NCBI GenBank assembly: GCA_951406725.2 | Contig: OX597826.1 | Location: 72,292,001-72,356,000, forward strand | Reading direction: 5' to 3' | DNA: 64,000 nucleotides | Source of the DNA: Octopus vulgaris | Taxonomy: Eukaryota | In this document: positions 48,032 through 60,680 of the stretch, piece by piece | Position numbering within the stretch: the stretch's first letter is position 1 | Layout of the letters: every line of letters starts with the position of its first letter | Notes under the pieces: generated by a model | The model's database searches: none | Seen by the model: only the letters and a program-made list of their open reading frames with translations | Told to the model about the DNA's origin: nothing | Program-made: the position numbers and the translations under genes

Positions 48032-49324
48032 TCAGTCAAACCATCCAACCCATGCCAGCATGGTAAGCGGACGTTAAATGATGATGATGATGTATATATA
48101 TATATGTATAGATAGATAGATAGATAGATATGTGTGTGTGTGTGTATATTATAGTGTCAGGCGGACCAAAGCCTTGTGAGTGGATTTCGTACACTGAAAG
48201 TTAAAAGAAGACTGTTATATATATGTGTATATTTGTGCGTGTTTGTTTTTGTACCCCACCATTGCTTGACAACCCATGTTGCTGTGTTTGTGTTCCCGTA
48301 ACTTAGCGGTTCGGCAAAAGACACTGATAGAATAAGGTGGTGCTCCAGCATTGCTGCAGTTGCATGACTGAAACAATGCCATTTTAATCCCGAGCAAGGC
48401 CGGGTATCTCTGCTAGTAGATGTTCTGTGTGTTTGTGTCTGTGTTTATGTTCCTGTAACTTAGCAGTTCGGCAAAAGAGACTGATAGTGTACGTACCAGG
48501 CTTAATAAGGAAATAAATACTGTGGTCAGTACTATTCAGTTTTTTGTTTTAAATCCTTCCAGGTGGTGCCCCAGTATGGCCACAGTCTAAGGAGTGAAAC
48601 AAGTAAAAATAAAAGAAAATAGAAAAGAATTTAAACACACACACACACACACACACTTATTCGCGCGTGCACTGTGTTTGATGTGAGAATATCTTGATGT
48701 AAAACATATTCTTGATTTCCACAAATTTTCGTCTGCTATGCAATGATTAAAACTACACATCTGTGTACAGTTTACTCTGGGGAATGTTGTGAAAAGATCA
48801 AGCTGTACAGTTGTTGTGGATGGCTCCTGTGTGATTGATGTGAAGGGCAGTCAATCCCATTCAAATTGTTGCAAGAATTAAAAAAAAAACATGGGTGACA
48901 GGTTGACAATGATGACTGGTGTTTTAAGAAGTGCTGTTGCTATTTGCTTTTCTTAGCCTTAGGTTTGCCCTAATCCAATAGACCTATGATTAAAGGCATT
49001 CTAGCTAGTGACCATCCCATCTTATATTCAGGCATAGTATAGTTTTAGATGCATTATTTAAAGTAATGGTTGTCAACCTGTTGTTTTTACACTTTCTTTC
49101 TTTCCCTGAATACCATTTTACAAATGCCCCGCCACCCCATCTTTTAAAGCCCTTCCCCTCAGGAAACTGCAAATCAAACAGGTTAATTTTGCACAGTAGC
49201 TTATTGTGCTTATGTTCTTAGGCTCTCCCATTCAGCATATTTGCATGGATTAGTGTCCCCTATGTTAAATTTTTATGTAAAATTTTTTTTAGAAATTTTT
49301 ACTAAAGAAGATAAGGACTTGAAT

Positions 49325-49948
49325 AATGAAACTATATTGGATCTTGGCACATTATATATGCCAATATATACAGTGTTTTACTCATTTTGTAATCCTGCCA
49401 AAGATTAAGAAAAAACATGTCCCTTCTGCCCCCTTCTAAGCTCACTCACATTGTTCCCCTCCAAGAGACTCTACAACCCAGGCTCAGAACCACTGATATA
49501 ACATATCATTCATCATCATCGTTTAACGTCCGTTTTCCATGCTAGCATGGGTTGGACGGTTCGACCGGGGATCTGGGAAGCCAGAAGGCTGCACCAGGCT
49601 CCAGTCTTATCTGGCAATGTTTCTACAGCTGGATGCCCTTCCTAACGCCAACCACTCCGTGAGTGTAGTGGGTGCTTTTTACGTGCTACCCGCACAGGTG
49701 CCAGGTGAGGCTGGCAACGGCCACGGTTGGATTGGTGCATTTTACGTGCCACCTGCACGGAAATGAAACTACATTGGATCTTGGCACATCATATATGCTA
49801 ATATATACAGTGTTTTACTCATTTTCTGATCCTGCCAAAGATTAAGAAAAAACATGTCCCTTCTGCCCCCTTGTAAGCTCACTCACATTGCTCCCCTCCA
49901 AGAGACTCTACAACCCAAGCTCAGAACTACTGATATAACATATCATTC
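49325..49948. repeat. 187-bp direct duplication flanking a SINE family B copy (49512-49761, minus strand)
   Basis: 49325-49511 versus 49762-49948: ungapped, 9 substitutions by manual count. Confidence 0.93.
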
Positions 49949-50715
49949 CTGTTTTTAAATGGTAAGGTGCTATTTGGGGAGCATATGGTTGTTATTTCTA
50001 GCAGGAAAATAAACCACAAAGAAAGAGGCATTATTAAGTACATGTTTCTTAGTATCGTTGATTAGGTTAATTCTATGAAGAAATAGGTTTTGTGAAAACG
50101 TTACTTATGACAGACTGATTGGTGTCCTGTCCATGAATAATTTCACAGGCAACTTATCTCGTTTTAATGTTATAGAATCTAGTTATAAAAACTGTCATTA
50201 TGAGCTTCTATGACTTAATTCAAACACTGTTTTATCATTTGTATGTTAACACTAACGTTGGTGTCTTCAGATTAAACACAAAACCAATTTTTGTGGGGAA
50301 CTATTTTTCCATTGTTGTTGCTACTCTCATAAAACTCCAAAGATGTGAAACAACCCCTCCTACCCACCCCCCACACACACCACAACCACTACTAAATTTA
50401 AACTCAAAACCACAAGGGGTGAGACCAACAATTAAAACCTATTCAGTTCACACTATTTCAACAATGTTAGTATGTTATAATTATATTGTTATGCAAATAT
50501 ATTCTATAGTAATTTTTAATTCTAATTTATCTGAATAATATTTTCTACCCATATTTTTGTTTTCATTGGGAAATGTTGTTTTCTTTTGAAACCACCAATA
50601 AATACCACTCATTTATGAAGTAGGATTGGTGTATATTGTTAGCTAGGTAGACTGAGGCATGCAGGATCATGTATGTCTAACATAATAAGCTGTAGAAAGA
50701 TTTGATTTAATTTTA

Positions 50716-50885
50716 TTCAATTCAATTTTTATTGGCTCAAAAAGCAAAAGCAAGGCCATGTAGGGGGACAGGCAGTTATGTACAGGGAGGGTGGTCATAC
50801 AAAGAGTTCATGCCATTTCTGGTCAAGAGAGACTTTGAACCGAGAGGTCATCTTCACCATCTTGTCTGGCAGCTTATGATCATCA
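50716..50885 (-). mobile_element. Probable 3' end of a non-LTR retrotransposon
   Basis: GC-richer island ending on the minus strand in AATAAA plus a (TTGAA)n-like tail; no clear TSD. Confidence 0.45.
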
Positions 50886-50950
50886 GTCAAATACTTAGAC
50901 CTTTGGTCAAATACTTAACCATTTGGTCTTTAACTTGTGTACATGCACGT

Positions 50951-51006
<56 letters not shown>

Positions 51007-51151
51007 CTTTAACACAATATTTAACTATCTGGTATTATACACCAACACCATCATTTTACTTCTAACTGTACGGAAACCCAAAATGAAATTCTGATAATCT
51101 GGAGATTTAATAAATAAGCCAGCTAGCAATTATGTAAACCAACAATTTAAG

Positions 51152-51320
51152 ATACAGTACCAATAACAGATTATACGATACCAATAGCAGACTATACAGT
51201 ACCAGTAATAGATTATACAATACCATTAATTGTATATTCATCACTAGTATTAGTATACAGTACCATCAAACAATGTATGGTGCCCCTAATAACTGAGTGT
51301 ACAATACCAATAATACAAAT
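51152..51320. repeat. Degenerate ~21-bp minisatellite
   Basis: Unit ~tacagtaccaataacagatta, about 7-8 decaying copies. Confidence 0.75.
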
Positions 51321-52126
51321 AACACATAATTTTAAGGAATTCGTACCCAACAAATGTTGCATTTCACACTTTAGAATTTGTTGACCACCAATGCTGTTTT
51401 TATCTGATATATGATGTGCTGTTGTTCTGCTGTGGGCCTAATATATATTCTACGATATGCACGAGCACAGGACTCGTGGTTTCACATAATTTTAGTGTTA
51501 GTAATTAATGTAATAAATAGTATGTGACAATTATGGAATATCCAATACTACATTCACCACACAACAAAGAAATTGCATTAGAAGAAATGTCAGATAGTTA
51601 GTAATTTGTGACTAAAACAAAACTCAGCAATTATCCATGCAAACTATAACAAAAAGCAGTCTTTTTTTTTTTTCTTTTTAATTATTAGGACATATACAAT
51701 CATTCTAATAGGCTGGTGCTCTTTTTTGCTCTATTAGAATTGTTTGTTGTAACTGTATTAGTTGAATTGATACATTCTCATCATCTCCTGTTTCCAAACT
51801 TATCTTTGCTGCTGTTACCATTATTATTGTACGAACTGTTGTATTTGCTTAAGTGAAGGTTTTGCAGTTATTTTAAGTTTCAAATTCAGGGTCTCGAGAT
51901 AAATTGCTTGAGACTCTATCACAGCACCCTGGTGTATAGTGAGTTAGAACGGCAATAGGAGAGTCTTGCAATCACTGTAAGGCAATAATCTAAGGTTCAT
52001 CTCATTGCTTTACTGTCTTGTTTTGTCTATAATAAGCTGTAACGGAGGTAGTTTTTCCATCTCACTTCATTATATAGTTCATTTTGTCCATTTGATTATG
52101 AAAAGCAAAGAGTCATTCTGGTTATA

Positions 52127-52473
52127 TTCTCTTTTACTCTTTTACTAGTTCTGTGGCCATGCAGGAGCAAGTCAAGCAAATCGACCCCAGGACTTATTCT
52201 TTGTAAGCCTAGTACTTATTCTATTGGTCTCTTTTGCCGAACCGCTAAGCATCGGTTGTCAAGCAATGTTAGGGGGACAAACAAAGGCACACACACACAT
52301 ATACACGACAGGCTTCTTTCAGTTTCCATCTACATCTACCAATTCCACTCATAAGGCTTTGGTCAGCCCGAGGCTATAGTAGAAGACACTTGCCCAAGGT
52401 GCCACACATTGGGACTGAACCCGGAACCATGTGGTTGGTAAGCAAGCTACTTACCACATAGCCACTTCTACGC
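52127..52473 (-). mobile_element. SINE family A
   Basis: Reverse-complement match. Confidence 0.88.
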
Positions 52474-53417
52474 TATAATATTTAAATACTTCTATTGACT
52501 TAAAAACTCCCAAATTTCAGAGCTTCAAATTGAATGCTGTGGTTACTATGAACAGAACTTGGAGTACTGCAGCTAGTGAATATTGAGGGAAGGCATTGAA
52601 TGATAGCTTGAGAAGTTTTTCTTAAGGTAAATGCAGAACGACACTCATTGAATACTGTCAGAATGTGGGAGATGCCCATGCTAGTATTTGGTTTTGGAAC
52701 TACAATATCAAGTGATAGTATATATTAACCAGTCCTGATTTTAATGTAGAATCAGTCAATATTAGATATTTTGAAGGTTTGTTAAATATATTATATTCAG
52801 ATTTTCAGATTAGCACATGCAATAGAAACAATGTTTGAAGTTTACCTTTAAATTTAATTTCAAATGATTTAAAATTATGATAATGTAAAGAATCTAAAGT
52901 TGGTAGATTCAGATTTTCCATAGACAGCAAAAAATTCAATTACTGAGAAGCAATTGTTTGTTTATTTCTGTGTTTGTGGTTTTGGGTGTTTTTTTTCTAA
53001 TTATGTGATGGTTGCTTTCATCAAATAAAACTTACCTTTTGAAATGGTTTGGAATATGATTTGATACCAAGCATTTTTGATTTTGCTTATTTATAGCGTC
53101 AAAAGGAATTTCTACTTAGGTGTTTGACAAGATGATATTGCTAATACTGCTGGCTTTCAACAACCTTTATGAAAGGTTTCCAACCTACCTTTGCAAAATG
53201 TCCTATCATCTTTCAATCAAGAAATCATTTATTCATAGCAGGATATTCTACGGTTGTGTAAAACAGGTTTTAATCTGAATAGAAGTAAATTTTTCAACAC
53301 AAGGATTGTCATTCATAGTAATGCTGTCAATAATAGCTCCAGTGAACTCTTTTTGCCTGGACTATAAGAACAGCATCATGCAAGAGACAAGGCAAGGCTA
53401 CGGCAAACTGCTTTCAA

Positions 53418-54128
53418 CTCTTTAACATTCAGATTTCTTTGTCAAATCTATTGCTTATCTATTCACATTGTTTTGAATTAATCATTCATTATTTTGTAGC
53501 TTTAAGATTTCAATGGTGTTTTTTGTATATTTTTAGGATGACATTGTAAAGTAGGTGTGAGAGATTGGATCTGGTCAGTTTTAACATAAAACAGGTAGAA
53601 TATTTGAGCCAGATATGGCTGGATTAAATTAGTTCCCAAGTTTCATTTTTGGCAAAAAACTTATTTCTAAAAAGCCTTTCTACTAAGAATATAGGAAATT
53701 TATGATTTTAATATGTATCCAAGGCAGCACACTAGGTTGTTGTTTCTGTGTAGTCTCATTCATTATCTTTGCTCTTTTAGTAAATTTAGATACAAAGGGT
53801 TTCTTTTTTTGCTCTTGAATAGTAGTAAGGTCAGCTTCAGCCTCCTTTTTTGTAATTTCAGGCCACTTTCTTTCATTCTATTAACTAGTTCCAGTATCTT
53901 CCAAATTTAATCCTTCGGCATTCAGATTACTTTGTCAAATGTAATTCTTATTAATTTCACATTTTGAACCAGTCTTGCATTGTCTTGTAGCTTTCAGATT
54001 ATGATGATGTGATTGTTTATTTTTAGAATGATATTAAAAGGTGAGTGAGTGAGGCTGGATCTGGCCAGTTTGATCTTAAAACAAATGGAACATTTAGGCC
54101 TGATATGGTCACTTTAAATGCCATAGGG
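53418..54128 (+). mobile_element. Two piggyBac-type MITE P1 copies (53418-53630 decayed; 53911-54128 with TTAA TSDs)
   Basis: Body matches P1; TTAA at 53907-53910 and 54129-54132. Confidence 0.8.
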
Positions 54129-54737
54129 TTAATGAAAATAAATCTAGTTTGTCATTCTCATTTGTTTTCTCTGGTTTAAGATATCTTTCAAACTTGGATA
54201 ATAGATTTATCAAAGACTTCAGGAGAACTATCCTTTAACATAGGAGGGCTGATTCTTATTTGCAATGTAGTTGAAATGTGTAAATTTTAATTGGTAATTT
54301 CAAGGAATCAGTACCCAACCACAGATATATTTCACAATAAATGATGTTTTATCCACTTTTTGTAGTAGATAGCAAGCTGTTTAACTATAGTCCAGTATGC
54401 ATGGGTATAGACATCTCCTAATCTCATGTTATTCTGCTGTTAGTAAATATTATAACAATATTAGTTAGTTAGTTCTAATATACCCAAGGCTACAGGACCA
54501 ATAACAGACTAACACACACAGGACTAATATCATCAGTTTTGAGCTTTCTTCTGTGGACTTTTGTGAAATTATTGTTAACAAACGATGGCGAAGATTTACA
54601 ACCTTAATAATATGCTAACAACACTAAGACAGACTCTAAGAAATACTTAGATCTTCATATTGCTAAAGAAATAGAAGCACAGTTAGGTCAGAGCTGGCTA
54701 AGTCAAAATTCCATGCATTTAATTGGTAGCAGCACAA

Positions 54738-54904
54738 TCATCATCATCATCGTTGTTTAATGTCCACTTTCCATGCTAACATGGGTTGGACGATTTGACT
54801 GAGGACTGGCGAACCAGATGGCTGCACCAGGCTCCAATCTTGATCTGGCAGAGTTTCTACAGCTGGACGCCCTTCCTAATGCCAACCACTCCGAGAGTGT
54901 AGTG
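54738..54904 (-). mobile_element. SINE family B, 5'-truncated
   Basis: (CAT)n tail and the family motif. Confidence 0.85.
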
Positions 54905-54972
54905 ATCGAATGAAAAGATATCTGATGTCCTATGACAATTTTGTTGGATTTGAAAATTTAAAGTGTTCTGTT

Positions 54973-55293
54973 AGTGTGGCTGTGTGCTGAAGAAGCTCAC
55001 ATCCCAATCGTGTGATCTTAGGGTTTCTTTTATAGCCCCAGGCTATAAGTGGATTTGATAGACAGAAACTGAAAGAAGCCTGTCGTGTGTGTCTTTGTGT
55101 TTGTATTATGTTTGTCTCCCACCACTGCTTGACAATCAGTGTTGGTTTATGTTCCCATAACTTAATAGTTTAGTGAAAGAGACTGATAGAAAAAGTACCA
55201 GGCTGAAAAAATAAGTACTGGTTGGTGATTTGTTTGACTAAAGCCCTTCAAAGTGGTGCCTCAACATGGCCATAGATCAATGACTAAAACAAG
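54973..55293 (+). mobile_element. SINE family A, older copy
   Basis: Decayed match with an internal deletion. Confidence 0.8.
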
Positions 55294-56069
55294 TGTGTGT
55301 GTGTGGGGGGAGTATAAAGATTTATTATCTCAAACATCTTTAAGTTCTTGGACCTAGAGCAAATATAAGAACCAGTTAATGATTTCCTACTAAGGGTCAA
55401 AACGCATATTTCTTCATATAAATTCTCTGCAATCAAAGAAGATCCAGAAGATGAGTTTACAAAATTTGCTTTTAATAAAAAAAATCAGACTTAGAACTTT
55501 GCCTAAAGTATCCATCTCCGATTTGGTTACTCTTGTTGTAGTATGTAGCTAGATCCAGTACTTGTTCTTGAATCAGTAATATAGCCTTGTTCTAAATACT
55601 AAAGTATTTTACACTACTAGCAAGGACTATTCAAGAGCATTTAGTTACTAAGTGAAGCCAGGTTCAAAATGGCAGCAGTTGTAGTAAACTGGGACATTTC
55701 AGTGAATTCCACTCTGTATTCCATTAAATATTGCCTACAACATAAATGCGAAGACTGTGCATCCTAATGAGTCTGATAATGGGGAAGTAATAATGAATAT
55801 TAATTGTGCAATAAATGATAATTTACATGGGTTAATTGTAAGTTGATTAGACACTCATTTCAGATGCAATTGGCTATTGATGTTGCCTACTCCACCATTT
55901 GCTGTTTACAATTATCATTCGTCATCTAACTGGCTGATAAATATTCAACTCCATATGATGGTTCAAAGCCAGAGATGCCCCTATAACCCCAGATTAATAG
56001 GTACCGATATTCTGCAGTGTACATCATTACTATGTTTCAGAATATTTACTACCATAAGATAAGATGCGA

Positions 56070-56403
56070 GTGGTATGTAAAAAGCATCTTTAGAGTGTTG
56101 GGCTTCAGGGTGGCAATGACAAATGACCGAGATCTTTGGCAATATGCTGTGCTTGAGAAGACCCATCAAGCCAAGTGAAATTGTAGTCATGGCAGGTACT
56201 GGTGTCGTGCAATTGGCACCCATGCCGGTGGCATGTAAAAGCACCCATTACACTCTTGGAGTGGTTGGTGTTAGGAAGGTCATCCAGCCTAGAAACCATG
56301 CAAAATTAGACTGGAGTCTGATGCAGCCCCTCAGTTTACCATCCCTGGTCAAACCGTCCAACCCATGCCAGCATGGACAATGGACGTTAAATGATGATGA
56401 TGA
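56070..56403 (+). mobile_element. SINE family B
   Basis: aaagcacccattacactc...ttaggaaggtcatccagc...ggacgttaaatgatgatgatga. Confidence 0.82.
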
Positions 56404-56987
56404 GTAAAAAGATTGTAAATACTAAAATTCGTCCAGCATTCCCAGTTTCAGTACATCCAAGAAGGGAGGTTGTAAATAAACTTCACAATCTTGCAAGTAA
56501 TGGGATTTATAATGACATGCGTGAAGATGTCAACAATGCATCTTCAATTGTTTCGGGTAGAGAAGAAAGCAGGTAATTTAAGGAAGTGTACCAATTATAA
56601 AGTACAATTATAAAGACAAGATTCAAACATTTCATTGTCCAACCCTTTCTCAAAATATTGTAAACTGAGATGCAAGAGCAAACAACTATTTTCCCTCCAT
56701 TGTCTTGCAGAATGCATTCTGGAAGATTGGTGTGGACGAGAACACTGCCAATCAGTTATGGCAAGTTTTATGACATGGGATTGTATACAATAAGGCTCAC
56801 AGGTTGTATGCAATGAATGCAGAAGAATGGTCAGTGTGAGCAACCTATAGCACATTGTAGAAGGCTCTGCAGTGGGTCTTGAAGACTTAATTTCTGTATA
56901 TTCAATAAGATCACTTTAATTTTAGACAGCAACTAGTTGCACACCACATGAAAGAGTCTTATTTCAACTCATACTACAAATGATTCT

Positions 56988-57193
56988 TTTAAATTTTGGT
57001 ACAAGGCCAGCAATTTTGGTGGGGAGAGGCAAGTTGGTTGATTACACTGAGATTGGTACATGACTTTATCGATCCCAGAAGGATGAAAAATAAAAATAGA
57101 CCTAGGTGGTATTTGAACTCAGAACGTAAAGAACCAGAAGAAATGCCACTGAGTGTTTTTCTGATGTGCTGCCAATTCTGCCAGCTCTCTTCT
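56988..57193 (-). mobile_element. SINE family C, older copy
   Basis: atcgatcccagaaggatgaaa...atttgaactcagaacgtaaa...ttctgccagctc. Confidence 0.75.
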
Positions 57194-57197
57194 TTAA

Positions 57198-57405
57198 CCA
57201 TTTAGCATTCGGATTATTCTATTAAATACAATGCTTATTTATTCACATTGTTTTGAATTAATAACAAATTATTTTGTAGCTTCAAGAGTTTGATGATGTG
57301 GTAGTTTATTTTTAGAATGGCATTGTAGAGTAGGTGTGAGGGGCCAGAGTTGGCCAGGTTTGAACATAAAACAACTAGAATATAGCCTGTTTGAATGCTA
57401 AGGGG
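57198..57405 (+). mobile_element. piggyBac-type MITE family P1
   Basis: TTAA at 57194-57197 and 57406-57409; TIRs ccatttagcattc / gaatgctaagggg. Confidence 0.85.
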
Positions 57406-57825
57406 TTAATGCATACAACAAATAATGAAACTAAACCTCTTTGGATGCTGCCTGGTGGAAGCGGTTTCCTGAAGATATATGTTCACAAACTGAAAGGTGA
57501 ATGCCAATTCATATTAATCAGCTGTCAGGTCTAATGTAGGAGAATAAGATAGTCTAAATTGCTGGCATCTTTCATCTTACTGTATTAAAATTTATAAAAA
57601 GGAATAACAAAAAAAAATGTTATACAGTGTGAAAGAAATTTAATGAATGTACTCCTCATAATTTCTTTGAAGTCTGACATTGAGCCTCAACAGGACATAG
57701 GAGTTCCGACTTCAGATGAGAATGTTTTATGTCGAAGCCAGCGTACGATGCATCCTTCTTTGCACTTGAATCTCACAGATGCGAGAGAATGTTGCAAAAT
57801 GTGAAGGTTTATCATGTATATGCAC

Positions 57826-58466
57826 TGGTGTGGCTGGCTGTGTGGTTAAGCAGTTTGCTTCCTAACTGTGTGGTCTTCGGTTCAGTCTCACTGTGCTACA
57901 CCTTGGGCAAGTGTTTTCTGCTTATAGCCTCCAGGCTGACCAAAGCCTTGTGAGTGGATCTGATAGACAGAAACTGAAAGAGGTCCATCATGTATGCTCC
58001 TCTCTCTCTTTGTATGTATGTGTGTGTGTGTGTGTGTGTATGACTCTCACTACCTTGTCTTGTCTTGGGTAGAGCTGGCTTCATTCATCCTCAATGCTGC
58101 ATCTCTCACAAACGTCGACCAGACCTGGCGATTTGAGGCTAACGACCACATGATCTCCAACCACTCCTTATTCCAGCGGCGAACGCCGTAGATATGGGGG
58201 CCTAGGTTGGGTTCCAGATCCGCCTTGACTGTCATCAGCCAGGTTTTTCGTTGTCCACCACATCACTTTCGCCAACCCTCTCTCTACCACTTGACAACTG
58301 GTGTTAGTTTGTTTATGTCCATATAAAGTTCAGCAAAAGAGAGACTGGCAGGATAAGTACCAGGCTTTAAGAATAAATACTGGAGTTGAATAGTTCAAAT
58401 GAATCTATTAAGTTGATGTCCCAGCATGGTTGCAATGGAATAGGTAAAACGAATAAAACATAGAAG
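57826..58466 (+). mobile_element. SINE family A split by an RTE insertion
   Basis: Head 57826-58040; tail resumes at ~58280. Confidence 0.78.
58055..58277 (-). mobile_element. Young 5'-truncated RTE-clade LINE 3' end
   Basis: GGQRKTWLMTVKADLEP...YGVRRWNKEW...LASNRQVWSTFVRD, a (CAAGA)n tail, and an 11-bp TSD ctctc(a/t)ctacc at 58044-58054 and 58278-58288. Confidence 0.85.
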
Positions 58467-58847
58467 ATACATATGATGTTTAAACTGTACAAACAAGCTC
58501 TGTGTGCTTGTGCTGGCTAAAATAGCCACCTATTTTTTTGTCTACATGACACTACACAATGCTAATAGCTGGCTATATAATACCTGACAGATTATGCAAT
58601 ATCAGTAACTCAATACAAATAATTGACTGTACAATGCCACTAACATCCTAAACAACTAATGGCAATTCATTATGCAAGTAATGAGAAACTACAATACACA
58701 GCATCAGGCAAAATCCAAATGAAGATATTTTGAACCGTTCAAGAGGAATGTGTAGGCACTGGAATTGCTAGAAATAGCCCACTAAACTCTTTTGGAAAAG
58801 GACATATTGGATAATGTAGTTACAGATAGACTATGCCTGGCATGGTG

Positions 58848-58979
58848 GGATGGTCATTTGGGGAATGGTTTTGATCATAAGTTTGCTTGACTAGGGCTGA
58901 TCTGTGGCTAAACGGATGGTCATTTGGGGAATGGTTTTGATCATAAGTTTGCTTGACCAGGGCTGATCTGTGGCTAAGC
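58848..58979. repeat. 66-bp tandem duplication inside a family E repeat
   Basis: 58848-58913 versus 58914-58979, 2 mismatches. Confidence 0.92.
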
Positions 58980-60461
58980 AATAACAATAAATGAAAATAT
59001 TGAAGTATTTCTATCCTTGTTGACAAATGGGACAATCTTGAAAAAATATTTTCTTAAATATTGGCCCCAAATTTCAATTGTGCAGCTTGAGGCTAAATGT
59101 GTTCAGATATTAAAATCAGATTATAAAACAACACCAAGCAAGGTTTGTCTTGTGTAGCAGAACATTGTGTGCATACAGTATGTTTACTAACTCCATGGCA
59201 ACTTAGAGGACAGTTAACTATGATGATGATACTGGCCAAATTAGTGAAATTAATTTTAATGAGGATGTAGTTTTCATGAAACACTAATGACAAAGTTGTT
59301 GACATTTGTTTATCTCTAAACCATCGGTACTGTGTCAAAATAACATTTTTCTCCAAATTTCTTGGAGTTACTTGAGCCACTTTACCTCTCGTTCTAGCAT
59401 GGAATTGGTGATTTTATAAAATGAATGATTTACTTGGGGTGTGCTAACATGTTCTTTGGCCCAGTTCAGTCCTTCTAGAACAAATCATTGCAGCTTTTTT
59501 GTCTATGACTATCCTGTCTCTCTGGCTTTGCAAACCTAGCATAACATCCAATATATCCATCCTTTTTCAACACTGCAAGGTGTGACTTGAGGGACATTTG
59601 GTTGCTATTTCTAGTAGGTTGAGCAGTTTATGTAGGGGTCACCATTGGCTTCTTGTATATGTTTTATTTGGCATCAGGCATGTATAGTAGACCTAATCTG
59701 TCACCATCTTAGTCGTGGGTGCCTTGTATTTATTTTTTCCTTTAGCAAATATTCTGATCAAACCTCTGGTTTGGGGAAAGATGTGCTGCTTCCATTTGCA
59801 AGAACACAGGTGCTTTTCTTCTCCACTCCTTGAGGCCTGCAAAATTTACGGATATCTTCCTTTCTCTTTTAATTTAAAAAGTTGTTACCTATCATATTAA
59901 AAGCCAACGAAAGACCCTCTAAGTAGTTGCTCATCCTGCTTGAAATAGTCAAATCTCACTCAACTCACACTCTAGCGTCTTAAAAATAGGAAGGATGCAT
60001 TGAATAATGTAGTCCCAGATATTAAAAGAAGGATAATTGTGACTGAAACACCTAGATCAAAGGCCTGTTCATCCAGGGCTGACCTAGCACGAGCAACAAC
60101 AAGCCAACCATGAAATAAGCAAAAATGAGCTTGTTACAAGTATAATGTATTAGTTGTTAGTGATGTATATTTGACTTAAAAGCTAGTAGTGTAGCAACTA
60201 TAATTAGTTTCTCATTTAGCTTTTTATCTTATCCCAGTTATATAGCTCCTACTTGTTCCACATCAACTAAATGTTCTGGTTTCACTTTGTCATATAAACT
60301 GAATTGCTCTGGACTCACAACCATTATTATTTATACTGGCGTTCAACTTCTGAAGATTTGTTGTGCAGCCTGTGTCAGTCTGTTGTGCTAAATATTTCCA
60401 ACAGCTGAAGTGATTATATGGAGCAATATGAAGGGCAAATTGCAAATGTTGAGGAAAATAA

Positions 60462-60680
60462 TCATCATCATCATTTAGCGTCCGCTTTCCATGCTAGCAT
60501 GGGTTGGACGGTTCAACTGGGGTCTGGGAAGCCAGAAGGCTGCACCAGACCAGATCCAGTCTGATCTGGCAATGTTTCTATGGCTGGATGCCCTTCTTAA
60601 CGCCAACCACTCCGTGAGTGTTGTGGGCGCTTTTTACATGCCACCGGCAGTGCGTGCCACCAGCACAGTACGTGCCACCG
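60462..60680 (-). mobile_element. SINE family B
   Basis: (CAT)n tail and the family motif. Confidence 0.85.

Larger units (their letters stand above)
46450..48416 (+). mobile_element. Non-autonomous Helitron containing SINE sequences
   Basis: A|TCTATATATATAAAA 5' end at 46450, subterminal hairpin cccgagcaaggccggg, CTAG|T 3' end at 48416, and no TSD. Confidence 0.85.
46012..48625 (+). mobile_element. SINE family A split by insertions (head 46012-46190, tail 48420-48625)
   Basis: The head ends at the internal microsatellite; the tail resumes directly after the Helitron CTAG|T end. Confidence 0.65.
55400..57800 (+). mobile_element. Possible highly decayed Ty3/Gypsy integrase region, interrupted by SINEs and a MITE
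   Basis: Ordered remnants VHPRREVVNKLH (~56450), FSKYCKLR..KQLFS...LAE (~56650) and LCRSQRTMHPSLHL (~57730, like the LRRSxRxxxPPxRL integrase tail). Confidence 0.35.

Noticed and set aside
51890-51945. Micro-exon cag|GGTCTC...TATA|gtgagt
   Set aside because: Weak polypyrimidine tract, short unrecognisable peptide and no independent support.
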